The notes under the pieces were generated by a model. The model searched no databases. It worked only from the letters and a program-made list of their open reading frames with translations, and had not been told where the DNA came from. Made by a program: the position numbers and the translations under genes. DNA of 61,821 bases, filler included, from Platydemus manokwari (taxonomy: Eukaryota): assembly GCA_037951405.1 (NCBI GenBank). It is 6 parts of 6 records of this genome, joined end to end, with 100 filler letters (N's around TTAATTAATTAA, not from the genome) between each part and the next. Parts side by side here need not be neighbours in the genome. Positions count along the whole stretch, not along the records: positions 28,836 to 38,599 come from JBBMOY011208210.1; positions 38,700 to 51,354 come from JBBMOY010028902.1; 4 more parts are not named here. One strand, 5' to 3'. How positions within the stretch are numbered: position 1 is the first letter of the stretch; the number at the start of each line of letters is the position of its first letter. Positions 29,420 through 42,445 of this stretch are shown here, in pieces.

Positions 29420-29790
29420 ATTGTTGAAAACCTTGTTGTTTTGTTGGTTCCACGAGCCAAGTACTCCGATGCATAGTACATCCAGTGACGTTTCATACCT
29501 GGTCTTTGTTTTGATTTCTGATGCAATTGATCTGTATTTCTCGTAGTTAAAGATCCGGTGTCGAAAGGGATCTTCAAATCGATGATGTAAGCTTGTCTTT
29601 TTTCTTTGTTCCTGATGATTAGATCCGGTCGTAGTTTCGTAGCGGTTTCCGGTGGGCTTGTATCTATGTCGGTGTCCAGTCCGAGAGATTGTAGATAGCA
29701 ACCGAAGTGATTTAAGATAATTGTTATTATGTATGGACAATGTATGAAGATATGAGAATCAGTCTCCGGCTGTGTTTGGCATTTTCGGCA
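29420..29790 (-). pseudogene. CCHC zinc knuckle plus PD-(D/E)xK restriction-like endonuclease of the retrotransposon
   Basis: CxxC-x8-H-x4-C, then RPDL...DLK, then (after a frameshift) KY...GVLGSW. Confidence 0.88.
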
Positions 29791-30164
29791 TAGTATAGAT
29801 TTCCATTGTTTGATGAAAGATGGTTGTAATTGAGCAGGAGGAGATTGTTTCTGGTTTGGAATGCAAAAATCCAAACTTTCGGTGATAGGTAGAAATTTTT
29901 GAGCGGTTTCTGCGAAAGATTGCTGGCCGAGAAGCAGTGAACTAATCTTCCTTGTTTCTTCATTTTCGCCCATTCTTGGTAAAAGTGCATAGTTATGGAA
30001 TCATGTAGTAAGTCTGATAGTTTTCCACGATAATCAAAATTGAAATGGTATGTCTTGTCGTTGTCCACGGTTAATTTGAGCAAGACATCGGCATTGCGGT
30101 TATAAAATTCCACGTTGATTTTAATTTTTCTGAGTTTTCTTGCAGCGAACCGAGTTTTGGTCTA

Positions 30165-31640
30165 CTATGTTGCTGCGGATGATGGTTTCTCAGTGCGAAA
30201 TTTGTTCGATATCCATAGTAGCGCTGTTGGTAAATCTTCCGAGTCTGTCCCGCAGTGTTTGATGATGTTAATGATGTGATGTTCGATGAAAGTTCTGAAG
30301 TCGTGATCCGGGCACGTGAGGTATCTGAAGGCTCCGATTATGCTCTGGACGCAGTATCTCATTAAGGACGTGGTGAGTCTGATTCCACCAAGTTTCGTTG
30401 GTGTGTATGGGAAGTTGTTGTCGCTGGATTTGGAGCTGTTCATGTTAAGTATTTTTCTGGGGATTTGGCAAATTTTCTTGTCAAACGATTCCACTGATTG
30501 TCCGTGTTGGTCTGTTATTAATGATCTTGAATCCAATTTTGTGATTTCGACCTGCTGGATTCTGAGGTGAAATGGCATTGTTGAGTGTAGGAAGATGTTG
30601 TAGGCCTGGAACTTCTGCGAAGGATGCAACCTGGATTTTGTGATCGCTTCAAAGTCGGTGACGATTGATTCCAGTATGTTATCCGCTGATGTTTGTTTTG
30701 GAAGTCCGAAAGGCACCCCGAGATATTTGTATAGGTTATTCAAGTCCACGATTGACATTGGCTTGTCGAAGATTGTTAGGTTTTTACGGTTTCTGATGTT
30801 TTTTGCAAAGTTTCCGCATTTTGATGTATTGATGGTGAGTTGGATATCATTTGATTGGTGTGCCAGGTAGTTGGTCCTATTTTCCAGGTTTTCTTCAGAG
30901 TTTACGATGATGACGATGTCGTCAGCGTAGGCCAATGTCGAGAATTGGTTATTGTAGACGGTCAGTAGTTCTGATAGACTTGCAGTCGAGCGCAATAGAA
31001 AATCTATTGATAAACAGAAGAGAGTCATTGACAAGGGGCAATCTTGTTTGACCCCTCGGTAAATTGGAATTGGCCGTGCTTTCAGTATTCTACATGTGTA
31101 AGTTGATTTGCAGTCCTCATATATAGTTTGAATCATCTTGATGTAGTAAGTATTATACCCCATCTTGTTAAGTGTAAACCATATGATGTCGTGAGGCAGG
31201 CTTGGAAAGGCTTCTTTAAAATCAATCCAGCATATATGCATGCCTTTGTTGTGCTGGGGCATGTACTCCCGTATCGAAAACAGGTAGGCGTTGTGTTCAG
31301 CGCAACCATCCGATGCGGCCATGGCTTTTTGATTAGTAGATAGTAGGTTGCCGGCATCAATCCATTTGAGTAAGCGAAGTTTGAGTATGGTTGCAAAAAT
31401 CTGGTAAGAAGAGTCCGTTAGAGCGATTGGCCTCCATGATGTAATGATGTGGGAGGTAGACTCTTTTCCCGGATTAATGAGCAGGCTTGTGTTGCACTTT
31501 TTCCATTGATTTGGTATAAATTTGGTTCGAAGTATCTTGTTGAAAAGTGACCGGAGGAAGATGTGCTGCGGATCTATTGATTTCTAGTCTTTGTAAGTTA
31601 TTCCGTCATTTCCAGGTGCTGAGTTGGCTTATTTTTTGAA
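30165..31640 (-). pseudogene. Reverse transcriptase domain of the retrotransposon
   Basis: The 385-aa ORF 30165-31322 contains YADD. The upstream in-frame region carries APGNDG and WRPIAL but is interrupted by a stop. Confidence 0.93.
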
Positions 31641-32119
31641 TGTGTGTTCAATCTCTGCGAGGGTGTTGTCCTTTAGGTTGGAATTGTCCTCGTTTTTTGG
31701 CAGGATTGGGTTGAAGTTTATGTGGTGCCGGTTTCGAATAATGATCAATGATTTCCTTCAAGCTTGGAGTAGATGTCGGGTTTGTTGATGGCATTATTCT
31801 TCTTATTGCTTTTTAGGCTCCTTTAGGAATTGATTATGGAACTTATAATCTGAAGTCGATTGATAACAGAAAAGGAGTACTGATGGTTTTTACGACCTTT
31901 TTTGAAGCAAATCTGGTTTGATCAGTTGCAGCGATTGCCGTTCTAGCGGATGTAAGCATTTGTGTTAGAACGGCTGCTTCAGTTTCATTTAGTTTTATGG
32001 CTTCGATAACTAGTGGGTTCATTTGAGAAAAATTGGTTGATTGTGAAGATATTTTTCGGAGCAGAATGAGGTTCGAGATTGTTTTATTGATGTCATTTCT
32101 GAGTTGAGGTAGCACTGGA

Positions 32120-32600
32120 GGAAAAGAAAACTGGTGAGTTGTTTGAGTAGTCCAGTATGTGCTGAATGACAAATAGTCCGCAGTCTGGTGAGTTCAGTTG
32201 CATTGGTAGGTCTTGTAGAGTTGATTGTGTCAAATTGATGGGCTCCTTGAGGATTATTAGATTATAAAGGATGGGGTCCAGCTTGTTCCACATTGTTTTT
32301 TGAGCAGGAGAGAGGTGCTTTGTGGCCGGGTCGATAAAGAATTTATTTTTTTGTTGCGATCCGTGATGTAAAGGTTCCAATGGGAGTTATTCCAGTGAAT
32401 TAACCAAAAGGCACATCTCCGAGTTTCTAGTTTGTGGAAAGGAAATGACTTGTAAAACGAATTATAATCGTTGTTCTGAATCGCTTTGGCAGGTTGTGGT
32501 TTGATGAAAATGTTGGAGTCCATATCTGATAGTTTATTGGTCAGGTAGTCTTTTATTGCGGCACTCGATAGTCATTGTGATGTGAGGTACTCGGTGGTCA
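32120..32600 (-). pseudogene. Ulp1/SENP-like C48 cysteine protease domain of the retrotransposon
   Basis: (W)LSSAAIKDYL, NSHW (His), IDP (Asp) and QLNSPDCGLFV (Gln/Cys) occur in canonical order, with a frameshift at the homopolymer run ~32346-32352. Confidence 0.85.
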
Positions 32601-35600
32601 AAGGGAGTGCATCGATGTCAGTGGTTTGTGGCATTGGAAGTGATATTTGAAACCTGTTACTGGTCCAACATAGCCACAGTATCATTGTACTGCAAATTCA
32701 GATTAAAGATTGATGTTGTGCGCTTGGTTGAAGTGTTTTGGCACAATAATAGTGTTGGCAAATGGGAATCGATATAATTTGAGGCATAGATTACATTTTG
32801 CGTTTTTTCGTCTACCAGAATCATATAGGCATCAGTATGTGTAGCCCCTCCATACAGTTTCGATAAGCATTGGTTTAATTCGATTTGACTTTGAGCGAAG
32901 TTTGTTGTGGTTTTTATGGTTGATGAGTTTTCAATTTCGGGTGTTTGGTGATTGTCACAGTCCGATAGAGTATAAGGGCATGTCATTGATCCCTCTGAAG
33001 ATTGTGATAGAATGATATTGTCCATATCGTTATCCATTAATATTTGTCCGAGATCTTCTGTTTCGTGTTGGGGAGTTCTGACGGTTATCAATTCGATGAT
33101 TTCTCGGTTTTTAGGCTTATTTGTTCACATTCCTGATTGGCCATTGTGGATGATTGAACAGTGTTTAGTTGAATGTAAAAATATTTTGCAAAGTTGTTCC
33201 ATTTATTAAATACTTCTTTGATTTTGCCCATGGTAGTCTGGTAGCAGTATTTGCAGGAGCATACCAGTAGGGCAGAGATGTGCATACGTTGATGTGGGAG
33301 TTCTTCTATTGCTGGTTGGAATTTAACTTTGCACATTTCTCCTGTTGCTGCACCGTGCTTATTATTGGGCATATGTCCGTTTTGAAAAAATTTGTACAAT
33401 CTTCACACCCAGATTTGATGTATTGCAGGCCATTGAAAGCTATTCTTTGTTCGATTTTCCGGGCTGTGCTTTTTGTTGCTGTGTAAGTATTTTCGGTATT
33501 CTGTTTCCTGAAACATTTTAGATTCTGGAATATTTTCTTGTAATTGATTAGGCAATGGTTGCCTTTGCAGTTGAGGTTATCCAGCATTGAGTTTATCTTC
33601 TTGTGTTTTTTGTAGGTCTTCCGTTTTTTAGAACAGTTTTTGCCTCTGGGGGTAATTAAATATAGTGAGAATTTGTTTTTGTAATCATTCTCAAGTTTTT
33701 TGCATGTTTCATACTGACAGGTAATTGACCCGATAAAGTTGATAAGTTCGGAGAAAGTTGAAAGATGCTTCCACTTTTTTGTATTGGATCACTTTACAGA
33801 CTGTCTTCTTTGTTAATTTTGACTGGTCGAGTGGGATATCGTTTAGTTTGTTGACGGGTACTTCCGTTGTGTTTTTATACCTGAAGTTATATTTCTTGCT
33901 GGGTGCGTCTTGCAGTGTTTGAGCAGATTTTGACTTTAGATTTTTTATGTTGATTTTTCCAATTTTGAGCAGATGGTGTATTTTTGGGTGTCCAGTAGTA
34001 GGCATTGCTTAGTTGAATGTTGTTAGAATACGAAGATTTGAATAGTCCAGCTTGATTCCCATTGAAATTCTATTGTAGCGGAGCATAGTTTCATATTTTG
34101 TAAAATTTGGACACATTTTGGGAGTCCTCAATAAAAGTTCGTTCTACCGGGACGTTGTGACATAATCGTGTTTGGATATCGTTATTTTGTTTCGTTATTT
34201 CATTGCTAGAGCGAAATTTTTTGGTCCAGTAGCTTTTTTGGTGCTGTTCATTGATGAGAGACGCATAAGTCATTTCTTGTGTCTTATAATTTTTTGCTAA
34301 ATGGGATTGGTCGAAACGATAGTTGGTTTTACCGACTCTCCATTAGCTCGGAGTTCGTGAGAGAATCTTCCGGTATAGAAGCGAAATTGATTCGATCAAT
34401 TCTGGTCATAGTGATCTAGTAATCCATCAGAGTTGGTCTAATAGTTGCTTTCGATTTGCAACATTTATTGCTCTAAATGGTAGAGGTAATTCCGTACTTG
34501 CCGAAACTCCTTTCCAAAGTGAGACTCAATCCATAGGGCATAGTCAACCGTTGCATTTTCGTCCTTGAGAGTGCCTCTATGTTGTTCTCCGTATTGACTA
34601 GCCCTAGAAAAATAGTCGTTAGTTAACTTAAAAGTAGTTACTTTGTTAGCCATTTTTAGGTAATTCGTGTTATGCAATAGGTCGGTAGCGATCTTGACTT
34701 GCCTAATATTTTTTCAGGTCTTGACGTGGGTACTTGATTCAAATACACCAGGAACATGCAGTATTGGCACTTCCGAAGTAGAACTGGAGAGTTATAATAT
34801 TATGCAGTGGTTAGACCTTCTTTGTGCTTGTTGAGAAAGAGGTGGGTTGTTACGATCATAAAATCAGGTGGTATCGGCTCGGTAGACTCCATGTGGAACT
34901 TGTAGGTTCGGTGAAGTAAAGATAGTTCTTCTAATTTGGTGAGATGAGATGAAGTATAATAAATTGAGATTGGTAAAAGTTATAATTAAAGTGGATAAAT
35001 TTATAAATTATATATATTAAATAAAGTAAATATTAATGATAATTGGAATTATTATGAACGAGATAAAATTAATTATAATAACAAACAAGAATGAGAATAA
35101 GGGAATAACTCTGATTAATGCTGGACTTATTTTGTGCCATTGAAGCGGAATGGGTGCATTTTTCAATATATTATATTAGTGTGTATTGTTGTTAATTTTA
35201 TTGTATCTAGCTAAGGGGCTTCGATTGTAAATATTTAAGAAATAATTATTTAAGCCTCCTTTTGATTTTTTAAGGTTTACGGTTAAAACACATATCTAAT
35301 TAATCTGAACACAACCTAGCCAGGTACTAGCAAAAGGGACTTAATTAATAAAGAACTCTTAACTGATATTTATTTAAGTTACGATATGAGATTGATATAA
35401 ACTTCACTGATGATTATATACACGACTACAACTTTATAATAGCTTTAAAAAGGCTATTATGAGGCAATAATTATATTTTGGAATACTTGAAATACAATCA
35501 AAACAACAAGATAACAAAAGATTGTTTTACAATGCCCGATGCACAATGCAAGTGGATTACCGAAAGTTAAAAGAGGACAAATAAGATAAGTGATTTGAAT

Positions 35601-36357
35601 AAAAAATTTATGTGGAATAAATTATATTTAAATTAATACGAAACTTCAAAACTCGAATTGATACAATTCATAAATAACTTATATCCACAATGAAAATGCC
35701 CACTGATTGACGTTGACTCTACTAGATCAATTAACAAAATACATTTGAAGTTATTTTGGGAAAGTCCTATAAGACTGAGGATCCTGTCATTGTGCGTGAC
35801 TAAGGGACCTAAAATATCTATCTTAATAACTTTGAGAACTGTTTTGTAAAGCTATGTGATATAAACTTCAATGGTTAATGTCTTATATTTCTCATTTTCT
35901 AAGTTGAAGTGAAGTTCAAATTTTTTGTCTAGGTCATATGGGGTTATAAGCTCAATAACGAATGTTTGCTGCTTGGAATGATTTCTAATAATTGAGTCGG
36001 GTTAGAGTTTAGTGTTTATTTCAGAAGGCGTTGTGTTGGGGTTTTGAAAAAATAAAAAAATGAAATCAAATTTTGTATGGCGAGGTGTGGCAATTTTTAG
36101 AACAATTGTATTTTCCTGCGTGACAATATGCATTGCATGAGCATTGATTTCTAATGTATTTATTTTTATCCTGTTTTAATCAGTGTTTATATTTTATAAT
36201 TTGACAATTTCTGGAGTGCAAAAGCAAAGGCAGTTTATTAAAATAATTTCATAAAATAATATATTATATATTTATAGTAATTATTATTATCCATTAATAT
36301 TTAAAAATTGTAATATCTAGAATATCCATTAAAGAAAAATCCATTAAAACTTACTTT

Positions 36358-36416
36358 ATAATAAATTAATTTTTCTCTGCTATAATAAATTAATTTTTCT
36401 CTGCTATAATAAATTC
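36358..36416. repeat. 24-bp tandem repeat, ~2.4 copies
   Basis: taataaattaatttttctctgcta repeated directly. Confidence 0.85.
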
Positions 36417-38240
36417 CAGTATGAAAACCAAATGAATGGCAGATAATTTCTCATCGCTACCTATATAATGGGCAAATCTTAATTTAAATTATTTCATATG
36501 ATGTCAGTCTTACGATTTACAACTGGCAAGTTCAAAAATGCCTAATATTGAGGTTGCGATCCTTGAGAGAAGAAAACCCTATAGTAGGACACATTTCTAT
36601 AAAAAAAATTGATAAATATTACATATCGTCCATCCTGTATTATAGGGTTTTCGGTTTTGTTCTAGGGGTGCTTGTTGTGAGGTTTGATGAATAGTGTAGC
36701 ATCAAAATAAGCTTGTGATTCTTATTTTATTATTTTACTAAGCCATCAAATATTATGATTGTTACATAGAAATGAAAATATGCAGATACAAGCCTTAGTT
36801 ATTGATTAAATAGGGATCATAAATCATTGCTCATTACCATTGGTGTCAGCAAATTACGAAATTAAAACAAGATGTATAAATTGAAAATAATCGTTTAGAT
36901 ATATCGCTATTGTCACACTTTTCTTTATATAATATACTTCCGCGGCCTAAATCAAGAAATCAGTGAGATCGATAAGACAAAAGTAGTATCAAATAAAAAT
37001 AAGATTTATCAAACAATAAAATCAATAGAGCGCGTATCTGTTGCATTTTTATATTAACTGATCACAGGTAGTTTCCAAGAGTATCAAAAACTAAGTTGTT
37101 ACGTTTGGTGCACTTACTTAGGTAGCTTGGCATTGTAGAAAAATATGCGCATCGGCTCCACTATTGAATGAACTACAAATATATAGATTTGTTGGCTTTC
37201 GTATAATATGAGAAGTAATTCATGATGAGATTTTATTAAGAGCTAAAGGTGAAAATTCAGATTTCTTTTTTTGAGTTTGAACAACTGAACGAAAAAGCAC
37301 ATATAAACATCAAAATGTAGAGTATGAGATGGCTTGTTTTGTTGTTCACTTAAAAGAGAGTATCTTTCATTATCACTGTTGATCTTGAGTTGAAATTGGA
37401 AGTGATAATATATAAATCGATACCTATATCTTTTTTTCTGATTTTTCTTGAGGTAAATCTGATTTCGGCCTAAAAAGAAGAGCATTATTGGTTACGTGAA
37501 GGGGATTCTGTCACTGATTCAATTGAAGAAAGTTGTGATGTCATGAGTGAGTTGAGATGAGTTTTCATTCAGAGATTTAAACAACATGGAACATAATGAA
37601 AAGGTGAGACAAAGTATGATACTAGGGAGAGATCTGAATGGACACATAAAACTTGTTTATATAATATTTAATTAGGCCGGGACAATCAAGATTGTAGGTT
37701 GAATAAAATAAATTTGTATTTTAGGATTTTGTAACATTAATTGTGAGAATGTCGCGAAATGTATGTCTAAATCTTTTGTCAAAGGGGTGGGTTCTGAAAT
37801 TGTTGCTATCAGTGGTCAAAAGTCTAATTTAGTTGCTTTGATTTATTCTATCTGGAAGTAGTGCGAATTTTTGTGATGAGTGCAGGCGAGATTTGCAAAT
37901 GTTTTTGAAGTAGTAAAGAATAGAGTTTAGGATATGGGCCAGAATGTACGTTTTGATAAGACGAATGGGACCCTGAGATATTAGTAAAATATACTGAAGA
38001 CAATCCTGCTGTATCTTACAGTACATTACGATACATTATGTTAAATAATGCACCTTTATGGTATCTTATTAAAAAATGCAACACATTTGAGACCTTAGCA
38101 GGTAATTTATCACTCATTTTTAATATGAATGGGATTTAAAAATATGCCTCTTATTTTAATAGTTTCAAATGGACATGCGAAAATTTTCGTCAGATTTCAT
38201 AAAGTCTTTTTATTGCAAACCGTTTAATGTTCATCTATAT

Positions 38241-38599
38241 CATTGATTCCCAAACTTTTCGGGCGTAACGCCCCCTTTTCAGCATAAATATCACTTATCG
38301 CTCCCAAACTAACCCGCACTAATTTTTTTAAAAACTTTTAGTAGCAATTTATAAAAAACCTTAATGTTGCTATATCTTGTTAATTAATTTTAACTTCTCA
38401 TAATGTCACAACAAATTAACCTTTCTTTTAGTTTTATTTCAGTTAGTCATTACGGGGAATCCCAGAAATACTACCGCTCTACTACCAGACTTCGGCGTTC
38501 CACGTGACGTTGCATTGAGTGCTGATTACACATACTTCAATAAAAATTAGTGAGAACGTACAGTACGTTGTTTAAAGACAAATTAAGCGTTTTGAGCAA
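38241..38599 (+). mobile_element. Probable hAT (Charlie-like) left end, cut by the assembly spacer
   Basis: Starts CATTGATTCCCAAACTTTT, close to the Charlie-type TIR CAGTGNTTCCCAAACT, followed by a GC-rich subterminal cgccccc tract. Confidence 0.45.
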
Positions 38600-38699
38600 N
38601 NNNNNNNNNNNNNNNNNNNNNNNNNNNNNNNNNNNNNNNNNNNTTAATTAATTAANNNNNNNNNNNNNNNNNNNNNNNNNNNNNNNNNNNNNNNNNNNN
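38600..38699. other. Artificial assembly spacer
   Basis: N44-TTAATTAATTAA-N44. Confidence 0.97.
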
Positions 38700-38792
38700 T
38701 AGATCTTTTTAAAAAATCTGCTTTATTTCCGATTTTTACAACATATTCATCAACAAAATATAATTATTGATTGTAGGATTTCGGTAATTTAG

Positions 38793-38987
38793 ATATTTGT
38801 CTTCATTTTAATATTGCCTGATTTGCTGAATGGATCATTTACAACAAAAGTTGATTGTGTTCGAAAATGTCCCGGACATACAAAATATTGTCGATTTCAT
38901 AATAATGGACATTGGTTAATTAATTCTTTTAATTGTAAAAAAAATTCTGATCCATGCATTAAGAAATGCAAACTTGACCCAAAATGA
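38793..38987 (+). CDS. Small secreted six-cysteine peptide (copy A+); coding exon, start codon not in this exon
   Basis: Open frame IFVFILILPDLLNGSFTTKVDCVRKCPGHTKYCRFHNNGHWLINSFNCKKNSDPCIKKCKLDPK*. It has a hydrophobic N-terminus, the same Cys frame as 43467-43655, a preceding tttag (likely acceptor) and AATAAA at 39001. Confidence 0.7.
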   Translation: MFVFILILPDLLNGSFTTKVDCVRKCPGHTKYCRFHNNGHWLINSFNCKKNSDPCIKKCKLDPK

Positions 38988-40051
38988 TTTGATGAACATT
39001 AATAAATCGATGACTTATCATTCTGTTATTTGATTATTAATTAGTTTATCGTCAGTTTATTTCAAATAATACATAATTATACAATTTCATATAAAATACT
39101 TTTAAAGATTTTTATAATAATTATTCAAATGAATAAAACATATTTTTGTGTTAAACAATCACATTAACCAGCAAATTTAAAATCAATATTTGAAATGTGT
39201 TTTAATATTATTTGAGTCATTCTTTGCAATAGTTTATTGTAAATTTCAAGAATATTTCTGGCAAACTTAAACAACTCGAAATATTTTATTTTCATTTCCA
39301 TCACGCTATGTTCATCTGATATTAATTTAAAGACATGTCCGATTTTAAGAAAATAATATATCCAATAAGAAAATACTTGAAATATAATAAAACTTATAAT
39401 TAAACAATGAATTTTGATTGAATTTTGTGTATTTGATATTATGTCGTAATCAATATAATAAATTTAGATATTTAAGCTCTATTTTTTTTCACACTGAAAT
39501 AACACTATCAAAATTCCTTGTTCCATTATTGATTAATTATAGAAATATTTTAAATTTAGACTTTTTTATGGGAAACGTAGTCTCAATTGGTCGTAGTAGT
39601 CTCAAAGTCTCAATTTATAAAAATTTTGAATTTAAAAATTCATATTTCTTACATAAAAATATTCGACAATCTTGCTTAAAATGGGAAATGAGTTCCATAT
39701 TGATTTATGAAACGTCTAAATTTTAAAATAAAACATACTTTCATCGATTTATTGTTTTGTATTCCACTGCGTTGCAAAAAATAAAGAATACATATTGATC
39801 TCTGGATAAACTCTTATTAGTCGTTAACGGAAGTACGTATTGAATTTCACTCTATATTTTCGAAAGTCACACACCATATGTGGTCCCAAGTAATTTATTT
39901 TATTTCCATGCATTTGATTTCTTCTTCATAAAATATTTTACAAGGTATCGATACCATAAATAAAACCATTCTTTACGTGATATAAAATCTATTGTATAGT
40001 GTAAATTAAAAACTAAATTTTATAAATCAAGTGAAATCGATTCTAATTTAT

Positions 40052-40218
40052 TTAGTTATCATTATTAGGTTTGCATTCAAATGTAATTAAAATATAAGCA
40101 TTGAAGTATATGTGCAGTATTTTGAAGCATTGGGACAAAGACGTCTGCATTCTTTCCTGGTATTCAGAGAACCGAGATAAATAAACACCATTGTAAATAT
40201 TATTAATATTTTTGACAT
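40052..40218 (-). pseudogene. Six-cysteine peptide pseudogene (copy A-), paralog of 43467-43655
   Basis: MSKILIIFTMVFIYLGSLNTRKECRRLCPNASKYCTYTSMLIF* has a premature TAA at 40087-40089, then a 1-nt deletion and loss of the segment encoding the last two Cys. Confidence 0.85.
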
Positions 40219-41589
40219 ATTCTAAAATAAATTATAATTACAATAAATTTTAACCAATTAGATATCCTCACTATATCTTCTTTATATCTTCTTTATATCT
40301 AATCTACATCTTTTTATATTCTTTACATATTCTCTATATACTATCACATCTTTCTACTTCTTTTCCTAAATTTATAGTCATCAGTCTTCTCAGAATCGAA
40401 TCCAGATGCGTAGTCACCATGTAAGCTGCTATTATTTTATAAAACAATACGCATCGAAAACGAATTGAAAAAACAAGACATTCAATTCTATTCAAATACA
40501 ATTATTTAAACAAAATAAATAAAATTTAAAATAAAATAAAATTCAACATCAAATAAATTCAATACAAATTCAATTTGATATCCTTACACCAGGCAAGAGA
40601 AGTAACCAGAAAATTAATTTCCCAATTTTAAGCAGAATATCCAGTACTCCTAGATTTCCAGGGACGGCCAAAACTTTGATGAACTGAGTGGATATAAAAG
40701 ATCTCAGAAATTACTTACGAGCGAAATTATATATATTTTAGATTTACTTAAAAATTCTAGAAGTTGTGTCAATTTGAAACAATAAAAAATTTCTTTAGTA
40801 CAAACTTTCAATAATTTAATCCAAATCAATAATAATTTGCTGCAAGATTCATATTTATGTCGAAGTTCTGATAAAAATTATTTAATAAATGTTAGAAATC
40901 ATTTGTAGATCATGATGAGAAATGTAAAATTTTTAATTTTAATTTTTACGATAAATTCTGAATAAATATTTAGAATATAAATGAAAAATTATTTAAGTCA
41001 AAATGACTAATATACCTTTATTACAACCTTCATACAGCACAAGCAAAACATGTCCTCCATTTTCAATCATACATAATTTTACCTCAAGTAATTCAATAGA
41101 AAATAGTGTTTTATATTGATTTATAATATTATAAATCAGTGCAAAATCATGACAGGAAAAGTAAGCGTTTAGTTTTATTTTTTTTTTAATTTTGATTGAA
41201 TATTAAAAATCTAAACTGAATAAAATGTGTGCTTTAAAAACTGATTAAAATAGTGCTTCTAAGTGGCGATTTTATCGATTACAATCAATTTATGAAAATA
41301 AATATAAATAATAATATGATTGTATATATTTTAAAAATTATTAAAATTGCTTTAAAAATATTATAAACATCGCCTATCCTCTTCTAATAAAATTTTATTC
41401 AAAGCATTTAAAGATATTCGGGGATGTATTCATATTAATTGGCTGATATTCGAAATTGCATGTTTTATCATTTTATTGGTTATTCAGTTTATTATAAATT
41501 GTTTCTGTAATTCTTTGTGTACCAAACTTTAAAATCATAATTAATTCATTCGATTATTGCTTCAAAATTTAATTAAAATGAAATTGATT

Positions 41590-41890
41590 TATTATTGAAA
41601 TATTTAAAAAGTAGAGTTTTTGATTGAAAACGTCCCAATTTATAAAATTTTGTCATAAAAAATGCATAAATAATATTCTCAACAATCTCGCTTATAATTG
41701 GAAATGAATTCCAAATTGATTTATAAAATGCTTAAGTTTAAATATTAGAAAGAAGTTCAGACTACTATAAACCTTTCTTAAAGCGAAATGCCTCTCAATT
41801 TATTGTAATAGTTCAGATTATATTATCCATTGCAAAGAGTACACCTTGAAATCACATGAAATATACACTTGAGTGTGTTGATATTTCTAG
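41590..41890 (+). repeat. Local repeat; inverted copy at 46650-46950 and partial copies in both peptide cassettes
   Basis: acaatctcgcttataattggaaatgaattccaaa...gaaatatacacttgagtgtgttgatatt matches the reverse complement of 46651-46950; the core also occurs at ~39600-39730 and ~43030-43170. Confidence 0.85.
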
Positions 41891-42445
41891 GAAAGAAATG
41901 TATGATAAATTTTTAAGTAGATTAATAAAAATAAAACTGTTTTTAAAAATTATTTTTTTATTTTACACCTGATTCTGTATTTCTTTAACCACGAATGATT
42001 ATCATGAGCAAATTACAAGTAGTATGTTATTATATTTAATAAAATCAATAACATTGTTCGATTTTATTAAGAAATAACAAATAAAAACTTGTAAAATAAT
42101 TTAATTTCAGGATAATCGGTCGACTGCACATTGACAAATATATTTATGAAATTTGATTTTTCATTTGATTTTTATAATATTGATTTAAGACAAAATAGCT
42201 AGAACAATAAAATAATGATAACTGATTTCGAGCCACTGGTATGAATATTAAACGATTGAGATCAATATCAAAGAAATGTGGGATATAAAATACGACATTT
42301 GTAAAACAATTGTTTAAATCTATTTATGAAATATTCAAAACATGCTATTCATGTTGAATCTTAAATCATATTATCGTTATTGGAAAGGAAGCTTTATTTC
42401 CGATTTTTATAATATATTCATCAACAAAATATAATTATTTATTGA

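Larger units (their letters stand above)
29035..34900 (-). mobile_element. Decayed RLE-type non-LTR retrotransposon, NeSL-like (N-terminal region - Ulp1 protease - RT - CCHC - restriction-like endonuclease)
   Basis: RT motifs SAPGNDGI, WRPIAL, WIDFKEAFPSLPH, GVKQDCPLS, LAYADDI and YKYLGV; CCHC knuckle CRKCQTQPETDSHIFIHC; RLE RPDLII...IIDLKIPFD...KY...IGVLGSW; upstream C48 protease motifs. AATAAA on the minus strand at 29043-29048. Multiple frameshifts and stops. Confidence 0.92.
38720..40260 (+). repeat. Segmental duplication unit A (peptide-pair cassette)
   Basis: Colinear with 42391-43700. Shared blocks include ctttatttccgattttta..atattcatcaacaaaatataattatt, aaacttaaacaactcgaa..gacatgtccgatttt and gataaactcttattagtcgttaacg.aagtacgtattgaatttcactctatattttcga. 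Confidence 0.9.

Noticed and set aside
38255-38283. Hammerhead-like string on the minus strand (CTGAAAAGG-GGGCG-TTA-CGCCC-GAAA)
   Set aside because: The core lacks the invariant G8 of CUGANGA, no stems I/III or cleavage triplet were found, and the context fits a hAT subterminal region better.
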